A stretch of DNA of 64,000 bases from Spirochaetia bacterium (GTDB lineage Bacteria > Spirochaetota > Spirochaetia > SZUA-6 > Bin103). Location of the stretch: positions 992,001-1,056,000 of the forward strand of contig CBDBOV010000006.1 in NCBI GenBank assembly GCA_965208575.1, in the 5' to 3' direction. A program made the translations under genes and the position numbers. The notes under the pieces were generated by a model. It made no database searches and was not told where the DNA came from. It saw only the letters and a list, made by a program, of their open reading frames with translations. How positions within the stretch are numbered: the first letter of the stretch is position 1; each line of letters starts with the position of its first letter. This document shows, piece after piece, positions 39,462 through 49,277 of the stretch.

Positions 39462-40234
39462 GCAGCGCGGCGTCTGACATGCACGACCTCCGCCCCACCG
39501 GTCCGGGCAAGTTCCTGGCGGACGTGGTCAGCATCTTCCAGATCAATGCCATCCCCGCAATCAGGCACTGGTATGTCACCGTGCTGGCCGCCGCCCTGAT
39601 CCCCGTGCCCTGGTTCTACGTCACCCGCACCATCGCCCCGGACGATCCGCAGGTGCTGCGCCGCCTGATGGCAGGCACGCTGGTGTTCGGCGTCACGTTC
39701 TCGATCGGCATGTTCGTGGGGCAGAACTGGGTGGCGCAGCGCTTCAACGGCAGCCTCAAGCTGCTCATCGCCATGCCGGTGTCGAAGGGCTCATACGTCC
39801 TGGGATCACTCCTTTACTCCTCGCTTTCCGGCGCGATCATCGTCCCTGCCCTGTTCGGCTTCGGTCTGCTGGCCGGCGTGGATACCTACCTCACCTGGGG
39901 CTTGGTGCCGGTGCTTGCGCTGGCTGTCCTGACCATGGCCGGCCTGACGCTGTTCGTGGTCAGCTTCGCGCCATCCCTGCAGGTCGGGAACCTCGTCACC
40001 GGGATGCTGTCGCTGGTGCTGGCGGCCCTGTCGCCGGTCTACTTCACCATGGAGCAGTCGCCGTTGCTGCTGAAGCTGCTGGGTTACGTCTCGCCGCTAC
40101 GCTACGCGGCGGACGGCATCACCAAGTCGCTGTCCGGCCAAACCGACGTCTGGTTCGAACTGGCGGTGCTGTCCGGCTTCGCCGTGGTCACCATGGCCCT
40201 GGGCACCTGGCGCCTCCCCTGGCGCGAGGATTGA
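39458..40234 (+). CDS. ABC-2 type exporter permease
   Basis: About 6 TM segments, SPVYF..SPLRYA. Confidence 0.88.
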   Translation: MSSAASDMHDLRPTGPGKFLADVVSIFQINAIPAIRHWYVTVLAAALIPVPWFYVTRTIAPDDPQVLRRLMAGTLVFGVTFSIGMFVGQNWVAQRFNGSLKLLIAMPVSKGSYVLGSLLYSSLSGAIIVPALFGFGLLAGVDTYLTWGLVPVLALAVLTMAGLTLFVVSFAPSLQVGNLVTGMLSLVLAALSPVYFTMEQSPLLLKLLGYVSPLRYAADGITKSLSGQTDVWFELAVLSGFAVVTMALGTWRLPWRED

Positions 40235-40290
40235 GCGGGGGTCGCCGCCTGCCGCGGGAAGCGTTTCCCTGGTTGAGATTAAGCAGCCTC

Positions 40291-40761
40291 CTATCGCTTC
40301 TTGAACAGAACATGCGCGGCGAACTCTCTGCGTATCGCCGCAGGAAGGCGCCCATAATCAACTATCGCCCTATACGCATCAAGTATCTGCTGGTAAACGT
40401 CGAACCGGCTGAACGAAGCAGTAGGATTGTAGTCGGCATCTGCTCGCAACTCCTTCAGCTTTCGCAATGTGGATGCAAAGCGTCTGATTTCTGCAGGAAA
40501 CATCGAAACCGACGAGCGGTTGCAACGCTTGTACGCCATATTGTGATCAAGCTCCCTGTACGCCGACATCCATGCGTCAGAAGTGCGCTGCGATGTTCCG
40601 ATTAACGTGTCCGCATTGGCACCGGAAAGACAATGAAACACCGCATAATAGGCCGTACTTACGGCTCTCCTCAGGTGAGCTTGTCGCGGTCGTCCTCCCG
40701 TATCATGTTCCGTTAGAACCAGTGCGGCGGTAAGCAGGTGTATGGGATCTACGCCTGCCAT
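40291..40761 (-). CDS. HEPN-domain protein
   Basis: LRRAVSTAYYAVFH and R-ADADY (Rx4Y variant); lower GC. Confidence 0.8.
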   Translation of the reverse strand: MAGVDPIHLLTAALVLTEHDTGGRPRQAHLRRAVSTAYYAVFHCLSGANADTLIGTSQRTSDAWMSAYRELDHNMAYKRCNRSSVSMFPAEIRRFASTLRKLKELRADADYNPTASFSRFDVYQQILDAYRAIVDYGRLPAAIRREFAAHVLFKKR

Positions 40762-41093
40762 ATCTGATTGGACAGTTCCCTTATACGCCGGTCAAGATAT
40801 TTCCTGTCCTTCGGTGTATACTTGACCTTGTCCAATCTATAGAGCACCAAACAGTCGTCCTCGAACAGATCATCAACCTGTGCATGCCAGTCGACGTCGT
40901 ACCATATGGGATCATCCACGATGTCCGCATCTCCATCGAATACAACCAATATCTGTACCAGTGGAGACTCGTCGTCCTTGCTTGTTCTTCTCTGCGCTGA
41001 AATCGTCGGAAACGATGCCCTGCCCTTGAAGTGCGACTCAAGCAGGTTGCGGGTCAACTTCTCAGCTTCTGAAAGTTGATCTTTGTCGCTCAT
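40749..41093 (-). CDS. Acidic small protein, putative minimal-nucleotidyltransferase-like partner of HEPN
   Basis: Overlaps HEPN start; DDESPLVQILVVFDGD; GGGAG RBS. Confidence 0.55.
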   Translation of the reverse strand: MSDKDQLSEAEKLTRNLLESHFKGRASFPTISAQRRTSKDDESPLVQILVVFDGDADIVDDPIWYDVDWHAQVDDLFEDDCLVLYRLDKVKYTPKDRKYLDRRIRELSNQIWQA

Positions 41094-41148
41094 GGCTGGA
41101 TTGCTCCCTGCATCAAGTGTATAGTGAGGACCCATTGATGCACAGCGA

Positions 41149-41240
41149 TGCTACATGAGTGTAGAGCTTGGCATCCGCCGTGGCAAGGAATCTGGGCGGT
41201 GTCCACCGATGGCCGCTGACCTGATCGCCCACGGCGGCGG
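41149..41240 (-). pseudogene. Degraded C-terminus of a tyrosine recombinase
   Basis: Across frameshifts reads ..SVDTAQ-FL(G)HADAK..LYTHVA, like the XerC/D box II LGH..YTHV. Confidence 0.4.
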
Positions 41241-41484
41241 CTACCCCGCCACTGCACCGGCCGCCTCGTCTGTCGCCGACGAGTGTTCTGACCGCCACCG
41301 AGCCGTCGTGCCAAGCGGCGCAAGCCCGACGCCCAACCTCATGCCTGAGGAAACGGCTTGAGAGCGTCGCGGGAAGGCATCGCCGTATGACAATACCAGC
41401 CCAATGGCCGGACAGCGAGCCTCTGAGCAGGCCGATCGTCTGCTCTGGACCCGCGCTCCTGGCGGGACTACCCTGCAATTGACG

Positions 41485-42783
41485 ATGCGAGCCACGACCA
41501 CGGGAGAGCGTGCAGGTCCGACGGACGGTGCCCGGCACGCCGCGAGCCGCCGCCGGTTTTGTTTCATTGCGGGAGCATTACTCCTGTTGGCCAGCGCCGG
41601 GTGCGCAGGACCCGTGTCCGGTTCATCCGACCGTGTGGACGAGATCACCCGCCTGCCGCGCGCCTTGACTGCGGCGGAGGTCGAGATCATCGGGGCAAAC
41701 AACCGCTTTGCCTTCGACCTGCTCGACCAGGCCAATCGCCGGAACGACAATCTCCTCATTTCGCCGCTGTCGGCGTCCATGGCGCTCGGCATGACCATGA
41801 ACGGAGCCTCCGGGGACACCTGGAGCCAGATGCGGGAGATGCTGGGGTTCCCGAGCCTCGCAGAGGAAGAGATCAACGCCTCCTACCAGTCCCTGCTCGA
41901 GCTCCTCGTCGGACTCGATCCCACCGTGGAGACCGCGATCGCGAACTCCGTGTGGACTCGGCAGGGCTTTCCGGTGCATTCCGCCTTCCTGGACACCGTG
42001 CGCGAGAGCTTCCACGCCGAGGCGGTGGAGCTCGACTTCGCGAGTCCCGCGGCGTCCGAGCGGATCAACGAGTGGGTCAAGGCCGCCACGCGCGGTCGAA
42101 TCGAGGACATCGTTCCCGCCAGGATCCCCGCCGCCGTGGTCATGTACCTGATCAACGCGATCTCCTTCAAGGGACCCTGGACCCTCCGGTTCGATCCTTC
42201 CGACACGCGACCCGAGCCCTTCCACCTGGACGACGGGTCCACTCGGACGGTGCCGCTCATGACCCTCCAGGGAGAGCTCTCCTATCAGGAGACCAGCCGG
42301 TTCCAGGCCGTGGACCTGCCGTACGGGGGACGCGCTTTTTCGATGACCGTGCTCCTACCGCAGTACGGCGTGAGCGTGGACGACCTCGCCACATCACTCG
42401 GCGCAGCGGAATGGAAGGAGATTTCCGACAGCTTCCGCGCCGCCGAGATGCGACTCTTCCTGCCGCGCTTTCGGATGGCCTACGAACGGACGCTGAATGA
42501 CGATCTGGCAGCCTTGGGCATGGTCGACGCATTCGATCACCGGGCGGACTTCACAAGACTCTCGCCGGTCGACGGCCTGTTGATCTCCGAGGTGAAGCAG
42601 AAGTCCTGGGTGAACGTCAACGAGGAGGGCACCGAGGCGGCCGCCGCAACCGTGGTCGAGGTGCGTGAGACGTCCGCTGGTCCCGTCTTCCGCGCCGACC
42701 GCCCGTTCCTCTTTCTCATCCGCGAGCGCCTCTCGGGCACCATCCTCTTCGTCGGCAAGCTCGCGAGCCCTCCGAAGGGCTGA
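41485..42783 (+). CDS. Serpin (serine protease inhibitor), predicted lipoprotein
   Basis: ASAG^C lipobox, ISPLS, INEWV..T.G.I, LINAISFKG.W, hinge EEGTEAAAAT, FRADRPFLF.IRE. Confidence 0.93.
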   Translation: MRATTTGERAGPTDGARHAASRRRFCFIAGALLLLASAGCAGPVSGSSDRVDEITRLPRALTAAEVEIIGANNRFAFDLLDQANRRNDNLLISPLSASMALGMTMNGASGDTWSQMREMLGFPSLAEEEINASYQSLLELLVGLDPTVETAIANSVWTRQGFPVHSAFLDTVRESFHAEAVELDFASPAASERINEWVKAATRGRIEDIVPARIPAAVVMYLINAISFKGPWTLRFDPSDTRPEPFHLDDGSTRTVPLMTLQGELSYQETSRFQAVDLPYGGRAFSMTVLLPQYGVSVDDLATSLGAAEWKEISDSFRAAEMRLFLPRFRMAYERTLNDDLAALGMVDAFDHRADFTRLSPVDGLLISEVKQKSWVNVNEEGTEAAAATVVEVRETSAGPVFRADRPFLFLIRERLSGTILFVGKLASPPKG

Positions 42784-42805
42784 CAGCGCCGTCTAGCAAG
42801 TCAAC

Positions 42806-44284
42806 TCAGAATTTGCGGGACCAGTCGGCGGGCCAGCGCTCTACCACCACCTTGGTCTGGGTGAAAAACTCCACCGCATGCTTGCCCTGGCCATGCAGCA
42901 CGCCGAAGAAGCTGCTGCGCCAGCCGGAGAACGGGAAGTAGGCCATCGGGGCGGCGACGCCGATGTTGATGCCGATGTTGCCCACGTCGGCGGCGTAGCG
43001 GAACTGGCGCGCGGCGCGCCCGTCGGTCGTGAACAGGCAGGCCATGTTGCCGTAGCGGCCCGAGTTGACCAGCGCGATGGCGTCCTCCACGGTGTCCACC
43101 TGCATCAGCCCGAACACCGGCCCGAATATCTCGGTGGTGGCCACGGTGCTGCCGGGCGGCACGTCGGCGAGCAGCGTGGGGCGCACGAACGAGCCGCCTT
43201 CCAGGCCCGGGACGGTGGCGCCGCGCCCGTCCACCACGACGCGGGCGCCCTCCTGCGCGCCGACCCCGATCAGGTGCTCGATGCGCTGTTTGCTGGCCTG
43301 GCTGATCACCGGCCCCATCTCCACCGACTCGTCCAGGCCGTCGCCGACCACGCGGTCGGCGGCCACCGCCGCCAGCGCCTCGGTGAAGGCATCGCCCGCA
43401 TCGCCCACGGTGATCGCCATGGAGGCGGCGAGGCAGCGCTGGCCGGCGTTGCCGTAGCAGGAGTCGACGGTGATCTGGGTGGCCATGTCGATCTCGGCGT
43501 CGGGCAGCACGACGATCGGGTTCTTGGCGCCGCCCTGCGCCTGCACCCGCTTGCCGGCGGCGGAGGCGCGCGCGTAGACGTGCTCGGCCACGGCGGTGGA
43601 GCCGACGAAGCTGACCGCGTGCACGCCGGGGTGGTCGAGCAGCGCGTTGACCGTGTCGGCGCCGCCGTTGACCACGTTGAACACGCCCGGCGGCAGGCCC
43701 GCCTCCTCCACCAGCCGGGTGACCACCTGCATGGTGATCGGCGTGCGGTCGGCGGGCTTGACGATCACCACGTTGCCGCAGGCCAGCGCGTACGGAAAGA
43801 ACCAGAACGGGATCATGGCCGGGAAGTTGAACGGGCACACGATCGCGCACACCCCCACCGGCTGGCGGATCATCAACTCGTCGATGCCGCGCGAGACATC
43901 CTCCAGTACGTCGCCCTGCATCATGGTGGGGATGCCGCACGCCACCTCGACGTTCTCGATGGCGCGCACCAGCTCGCCCAGCGACTCCGACAGGATCTTG
44001 CCGTTCTCGATGGTGATGGCGCGCCCGATCTCCTGCGTCTCGCGCTCCAGCAGCGCCTTCAGCTTGAACAGGTACTGGATGCGCTCGCCGGGCGGCGTGC
44101 CGCGCCACTCCGGAAAGGCCGCGGCGGCCGCCGCAACGGCGCGGTCCACCTCGGCGCCGGACGACTGCGGCGTGTGTCCTATCGTCTCCCCGGTGGCCGG
44201 ATTCACCACCGCCACGGTCTCGGCCCCGGCAGGCGCGCCCCACGCCCCGCCAACAAAGTTCCTGATCTCATACAAACTAGCCAT
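42806..44284 (-). CDS. mmsA: CoA-acylating methylmalonate/malonate-semialdehyde dehydrogenase
   Basis: [38 protein letters not shown]. Confidence 0.9.
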   Translation of the reverse strand: MASLYEIRNFVGGAWGAPAGAETVAVVNPATGETIGHTPQSSGAEVDRAVAAAAAAFPEWRGTPPGERIQYLFKLKALLERETQEIGRAITIENGKILSESLGELVRAIENVEVACGIPTMMQGDVLEDVSRGIDELMIRQPVGVCAIVCPFNFPAMIPFWFFPYALACGNVVIVKPADRTPITMQVVTRLVEEAGLPPGVFNVVNGGADTVNALLDHPGVHAVSFVGSTAVAEHVYARASAAGKRVQAQGGAKNPIVVLPDAEIDMATQITVDSCYGNAGQRCLAASMAITVGDAGDAFTEALAAVAADRVVGDGLDESVEMGPVISQASKQRIEHLIGVGAQEGARVVVDGRGATVPGLEGGSFVRPTLLADVPPGSTVATTEIFGPVFGLMQVDTVEDAIALVNSGRYGNMACLFTTDGRAARQFRYAADVGNIGINIGVAAPMAYFPFSGWRSSFFGVLHGQGKHAVEFFTQTKVVVERWPADWSRKF

Positions 44285-44452
44285 GGCTGACAAGTATATC
44301 ACACCCCAAGGGGTCTGAGTACGAGAGCCGTTAGCATGATCGGCACACATGCAAGACGTGCCCTCATCATCCTACCTGCTTCGCAGATCCTGTCTCTCGG
44401 ATCCCAACTTCACCCAGTGCCCGGATTTCATGAAGTGGAAGCTCCATCTTCT

Positions 44453-45865
44453 TCACCGCCAGTCGGAGGGTTCCAAGAGCTCGATCCGCTTGACGGATTC
44501 TATGAAACCGACTTCGGAGAACGGGCCAAGCCACCCAGAATAGTGGTTTACCGTCTGAATCACCCGCGCCGCGTAACTCACTTCCGGATCCTGTTTCGCA
44601 TCCGCTGAATCCACTTCTGGCGCCAAGCCGCGATAGTGTTCCAATAGGGGCGTGCTTTCCGAACTCCAGTGCACCCGACGCCCTTGACTTGAAATCTCTA
44701 CTGCTGCCATCACCACAAGGGCCTCGAATAGTCGTACACCGGAGGAAGCACGGCCCTCCTTCTGCGCCTTCGAGATCCCATAGTGCTCGAATGTTGCCTC
44801 GGTCAATTCAAGATCGGTCACCATCCCATTCACGAATCTTCGATAGATGTTATCGTCCGCCGTCCGAAGGATCACCGCAACCCCCGTAGTCAAGGAAGAG
44901 AGCGGCGTACTATTCGATGACGCTGCAACTAAACCGATCCGGTAGATCATTTGTCCGATCTGCCTCAGACTAACACGGGGAGAGACAAAGAACACCTCTA
45001 GAAGGTCGCAGATATCGCCGGTGACTTTGGCGGTGTTAAACATAGTACGTATAAACGGTTTTCTGTCAGGATCAGGAAGCCGGAAGTCGATGTCGAAGAA
45101 CCGGCGTAGATAGCCGGAGGCATCAAAGTCGTTCCCGTACAAGGCCCTTATCGAATGACTCAGTTGATCGCGATTCACCGCAAGTACGAACACCGTGTGA
45201 TCTACCGCGAACAGATGCTTCGCAACCTCGATCAACTCGACAGCGTACGACGGCCGGCAACGATCCAATTCGTCCACCATCACCACGAGTGGATGGCTAT
45301 CCGGCCTAGTGACCAGTAAGTTCGCCATCTCCTCGAGTCTATTCCTGAATCCCTCGATCGAGTTCTGGGTCTCTGTGTATTGCTTCAATCTGTCCTCGGC
45401 ATAGGACGAAAGGATTTTTCCTGCTTCTTTCTCGATCAACGGCTCGACATCGAGTACGCCGGCGGTAAAGAGCCTGATCACGCCGGGTATGGCTCGAAGA
45501 GCGACTTGCTTCGCAGCCTCCGCCGTGATTCTGATCTTTGCGTCGAGCGACTCGTCTTCGAATCGACGAAGGCCTTCGGTCAGCTCTGTAACGATGGCTA
45601 CAAAGGGGTCGCCGGCGTGATCGGTCTCCCATGCGTTGAACTCGACCACGGGGAATCGTTCGTTGCGCAGGCGCTGAGCCCACATCTTCAGGAACGTCGT
45701 CTTGCCGGCGCCCCATGCGGCGTCTACTGCTAGTACGCAGGGACCCTCGATGCCGTCGATGAGTTGCGTAAGGATCTTCGCAGGCTCACCTCTATTGAGG
45801 AGATCGTTCCTGAAGGGGTCATCCTGGGGTATCTCGATTTCTTCCGGCCTAATTCGTATTCCCAT
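44453..45865 (-). CDS. KAP-family P-loop NTPase
   Basis: D.LNR, AAWGAGKT, FNAWE, VMVDELDRCRP, KHLF, YLRRFFD. Confidence 0.92.
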   Translation of the reverse strand: MGIRIRPEEIEIPQDDPFRNDLLNRGEPAKILTQLIDGIEGPCVLAVDAAWGAGKTTFLKMWAQRLRNERFPVVEFNAWETDHAGDPFVAIVTELTEGLRRFEDESLDAKIRITAEAAKQVALRAIPGVIRLFTAGVLDVEPLIEKEAGKILSSYAEDRLKQYTETQNSIEGFRNRLEEMANLLVTRPDSHPLVVMVDELDRCRPSYAVELIEVAKHLFAVDHTVFVLAVNRDQLSHSIRALYGNDFDASGYLRRFFDIDFRLPDPDRKPFIRTMFNTAKVTGDICDLLEVFFVSPRVSLRQIGQMIYRIGLVAASSNSTPLSSLTTGVAVILRTADDNIYRRFVNGMVTDLELTEATFEHYGISKAQKEGRASSGVRLFEALVVMAAVEISSQGRRVHWSSESTPLLEHYRGLAPEVDSADAKQDPEVSYAARVIQTVNHYSGWLGPFSEVGFIESVKRIELLEPSDWR

Positions 45866-45877
45866 TCACTCTGAACC

Positions 45878-46636
45878 TCAAGAGGGCTGCGGCGGGGTAT
45901 CGGTCTCGGGGGAGGCTGACGTGCGGAGCGGTAGCAGTGCGCTGCGGAAATCCTGGTCGAAGCGGGATGCCTCGGCACACTGCGCGCACACGCTTGGCCA
46001 CGCCGCGGTGATCTCACCCTGCCTTGCGCGGTAGTCGCTGGCGCGCTTTGCAAAGCGACGTGCGAGAGGTAGGGCGCGGAGTTGGCGCTGCGGATCGGGG
46101 TGACACTCCCAGTTGCCGCGCAGCATCACCGGGTTGTCCGGCCACACTGCGGCGATGACCCAGGCCTCGGTGCTCTTGGACGGCGTGCACAGGACAAGCT
46201 GCGGGACGCTGCGACGCAGGCCAAGCCACTGCAGGACCACCGTACGGAGCGCGTCAGTCGTGTGATCCGCGGGTGGACAGTCCTGTTCACAAGGAAGGTC
46301 TTGGTGTGGAGGATGCCGGATGCCCGCGCTGGAGTAGCTGTTGCCGGCCACATCGGCATCGACATGGACGATCACCAGGTCATGATTGGACAGTACCGAG
46401 GATCCCGATACCGAGCCACCTCCCTCGGTCGCTGACTGACGCGCCCAGCGATAGACCCCGCCCCAACCCACTCCCGTCCTGCCGAACGGCGCAGAGCCAA
46501 ATGCGGCGGAGCCCTCAGGTTGCAGGGTCTGGAACTCAAACTCCGTGTTCTCCAATAGGTGGTCGATGACCGCGCGAAGCAGGATCGCGTCAGTAGGACC
46601 CTCGACGGCGGCGGCGACCCGGAGCGGTTCAGACAT
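45878..46636 (-). CDS. TOPRIM-like (DUF4276-related) putative nuclease
   Basis: AVEGPTD, VHVDAD, P..STEAW motifs; coupled to ATPase. Confidence 0.7.
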   Translation of the reverse strand: MSEPLRVAAAVEGPTDAILLRAVIDHLLENTEFEFQTLQPEGSAAFGSAPFGRTGVGWGGVYRWARQSATEGGGSVSGSSVLSNHDLVIVHVDADVAGNSYSSAGIRHPPHQDLPCEQDCPPADHTTDALRTVVLQWLGLRRSVPQLVLCTPSKSTEAWVIAAVWPDNPVMLRGNWECHPDPQRQLRALPLARRFAKRASDYRARQGEITAAWPSVCAQCAEASRFDQDFRSALLPLRTSASPETDTPPQPS

Positions 46637-47819
46637 CCGGGACGCCGCCGAGATGGCCCATCACCCACAACCGGGACAACGACCAGCCCTGCTCGGCCTT
46701 CTCCCGAAGGCTGGCGTCGACCTCCACCCGCCGGACGGAAGTACGCCCCGAGTTTGTCCGGGAAACCGTGAATAGCCGAACCCGATCATCCTGTAGGGGC
46801 AATCCGTCCAGGACGAGCGGGTTGTGCGTGGTCAACAATATTTGACGAGGAGGACTTGCATCCAGATACCATCCGCAGAAATGCTCGATCAGTGACCGGG
46901 CCAATCTGGGGTTCATGCCATGGTCGGCGTTGTCTACCGCGCACAGACGAGGACTCCGAGCATGACCAGAAACGACACCGAGAAACAGCGCGTACAAGGC
47001 ACCCTCCGACGCATCATAGCCGGACAGGACGTTGCGCTTCTCGCGCATGAAACGATCGCGAAATCTAATCACACTCTCGGATGCTGCCGCAGCAGGTGAC
47101 AATGGCAATTGCCCGGCGGAAGTAGCACCAAAGGAGGATGCCCAATCAACAAGTCCAAGTACCTCCCGACAGACCCTCTTGCTGTGTTCGCTCCGCGGAC
47201 GCTGCTTGAGCAGGTCCAGAATAGCTCGCGGAAGATTGCCGCCGGACAGTCCCAGCGGCTCTCTTGGCTGCGTCTCGGGAGCAACGCCACGCAAGACTGG
47301 TGTCGTTGGCGTAAATATGACGTAATTCTGCAGCAATTCCAGAAAATCAAGCGCGTCGCCGCCCGTGACATCGACTGCCTTCAGGGCCGCCACTCCCCGC
47401 TCCGGATTTGACCCTGATGCTGTCGCCGGGGATCGTCCAACCAAGCGCCGAGCACCATCTTCCCAGGACTCTGTCTTGAATCGCCAGGCAAGCTTCGGCT
47501 CCTCGAGCGGATTATGTAGTGAGACCTCGTATCTTGCCAGCGTGCCGCTCCCGCCAAAGTACAGGTGAGACGGGATCTTCTTGCCCGGCCTTGCCGGGAA
47601 GGCTGACTTGTAGAGTTGGGGAACGCCCGGCCGCACTCCGCGGAAGAGGAGATTCTGGTCGTCAACCCTACCAGCCGCCGCAGCGGAGAGCACTCCCACG
47701 GCCTCCAGCAAGTTGCTCTTCCCGCTACCATTGGCACCGATGAAAACGTTGACCCATCCGAGCCCCACGGTCACGTCCTCCAGAGACTTGAATGTTCTGA
47801 CAGAGAAGCTCTCAATCAT
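46629..47819 (-). CDS. ABC/AAA_21-type ATPase
   Basis: FKSL, GANGSGKSN, ASEG signature, AVDNAD Walker B variant, TTHNP. Confidence 0.88.
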   Translation of the reverse strand: MIESFSVRTFKSLEDVTVGLGWVNVFIGANGSGKSNLLEAVGVLSAAAAGRVDDQNLLFRGVRPGVPQLYKSAFPARPGKKIPSHLYFGGSGTLARYEVSLHNPLEEPKLAWRFKTESWEDGARRLVGRSPATASGSNPERGVAALKAVDVTGGDALDFLELLQNYVIFTPTTPVLRGVAPETQPREPLGLSGGNLPRAILDLLKQRPRSEHSKRVCREVLGLVDWASSFGATSAGQLPLSPAAAASESVIRFRDRFMREKRNVLSGYDASEGALYALFLGVVSGHARSPRLCAVDNADHGMNPRLARSLIEHFCGWYLDASPPRQILLTTHNPLVLDGLPLQDDRVRLFTVSRTNSGRTSVRRVEVDASLREKAEQGWSLSRLWVMGHLGGVPDV

Positions 47820-47850
47820 GCGGCTTGTTGGTTCCCTAGTGTGGAGATGC

Positions 47851-47879
47851 ACCGTAGCGGCGGGCCGCTACGGGGTCAA
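47851..47879 (-). promoter_or_regulatory. Promoter of ATPase-TOPRIM-KAP operon with palindromic operator
   Basis: TTGACC-17 nt-TACGGT on minus strand; palindrome ccgtagcggc-gg-gccgctacgg (47852-47873) covers spacer and -10. Confidence 0.55.
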
Positions 47880-48004
47880 GTCGACGGCGCATCGAGCGGA
47901 TCGAATGCGGTAAAGCGAGGCAGGCGCTCCAGCTTGGCGCGGAGGTCGTCCCTTCCGGGACGTCCGCGGCGCAACTGAGCGGGGAGCAGCGGCAACCGTC
48001 CTCG

Positions 48005-49111
48005 TCACCGATCCACGCGGCAGATTGCCAGGTACTCGACGACGCGGCGGCGGACGGCCTGGCCGGCGCCGTTGCCGAACACCGCGTAGTCGCTGCTCGC
48101 GATGGTGGTCGGGCCGCGGGCCTGCAGCGTCTCCTTGAGATCATCGACCGACATCAGGCCTTCGTTGCTGTAGCTCACCACGATGAGCCGGGCGCGGATC
48201 CGCTCGACCAGGTGCGCGAACACCGCCCGTGCGGTGCGGCGGCGCGAGTAGTCGCTCTTCAGCGCATCGCGCTCGAATTTCCTCGTCTTGCCGTGCAGCG
48301 GCGGCTTGGTCCACCGCGCGATGTTCTCCAGCACGTGGTAGCAATCGACGTACTGGCGGTCGTTGTAGGGCGGGTCCAGGTAGGCCACGTCGGCCTCGTG
48401 GTCGCCGGCAACCTCGTTCACGTCCGCCCTGAGCACGGTGGCGCCGGCGGCGAATCGCAGCACCGGCATGCGCAGGCGCAGCGGTGCGTACACGTTCGAG
48501 TCCACCAGGTGGCGGCCATTCTCGTCGTAGGTGCGCGATCCCAGGTTCTTGAGGTAGGCGTCGTACTGGCCGACGGTGTTGGCCACCTTGTCGACGGCCA
48601 GCAGCAGGCTGGCGATCAGGACGTGCTGCTCCTGCCCGGTGCAGTCCCGGTCCCTCATGCGGAGCGCTATCTGGTCGCGAATCGCATCGATGCGGCCGGC
48701 GTTGTCATGCGTGAAGTAGCGCCCGCCGTAGTGCTCGGCGGCGTAGCCGTGCGCCGATTCCAGTTGATTCAGTTCGCGCAGCGCATCGGCAACGTACGCG
48801 ATCCTCACGTTGGCTTCGCTGGAGGTGAAGAAGGCGCGGTTGATCGAGTAGTTGCTCGCCAGGTTGTCAACCAGGGTGAGCCGGCTCGTGTAGGAGCGCA
48901 TGCGGTCGGCCACCACGCCGGTGCCGGCGAACCCGTCGAAGAACGACCCCACCTCGCCCGCGGCCGCCACGATCTCCCGCTCTATGAAATCGAGCAGCCG
49001 TACCTTGGAGCCGAGGTACTTGCGGTTGTGCAGGGTGACGGCGCCGAACTCGTCGAATGGCCGGCTCAGCGGCGAGTCGGCCTCGGCGGTGAACAGTCCC
49101 AACTGAGGCAC
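48005..49111 (-). CDS. Orphan N6-adenine DNA methyltransferase (D12 class, FokI/Dam-like)
   Basis: YLGSK, FDGFAGTG, YLDPPYN.RQY, SYSNEG. Confidence 0.9.
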   Translation of the reverse strand: MPQLGLFTAEADSPLSRPFDEFGAVTLHNRKYLGSKVRLLDFIEREIVAAAGEVGSFFDGFAGTGVVADRMRSYTSRLTLVDNLASNYSINRAFFTSSEANVRIAYVADALRELNQLESAHGYAAEHYGGRYFTHDNAGRIDAIRDQIALRMRDRDCTGQEQHVLIASLLLAVDKVANTVGQYDAYLKNLGSRTYDENGRHLVDSNVYAPLRLRMPVLRFAAGATVLRADVNEVAGDHEADVAYLDPPYNDRQYVDCYHVLENIARWTKPPLHGKTRKFERDALKSDYSRRRTARAVFAHLVERIRARLIVVSYSNEGLMSVDDLKETLQARGPTTIASSDYAVFGNGAGQAVRRRVVEYLAICRVDR

Positions 49112-49115
49112 CGCC

Positions 49116-49259
49116 TCACGGCTCCCGCGGCGGCGTCAAGAGGGGCCTGTGCACGCGATCGGAAGGAATCGATTCGCCGATCCTATCCGCGTTGAACGCG
49201 CCGTCCGCATACGCCTCGTGCACGAATTCGATCAGTCTCCGGCGTGACGCCACCTCCAT
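49116..49259 (-). CDS. 47-aa ORF upstream of the methyltransferase (possible relic)
   Basis: MEVASRRRLIEFVHEAYADG..; ends 4 nt before MTase GTG. Confidence 0.3.
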   Translation of the reverse strand: MEVASRRRLIEFVHEAYADGAFNADRIGESIPSDRVHRPLLTPPREP

Positions 49260-49277
49260 GTTTACCTGGCTCGGGCC

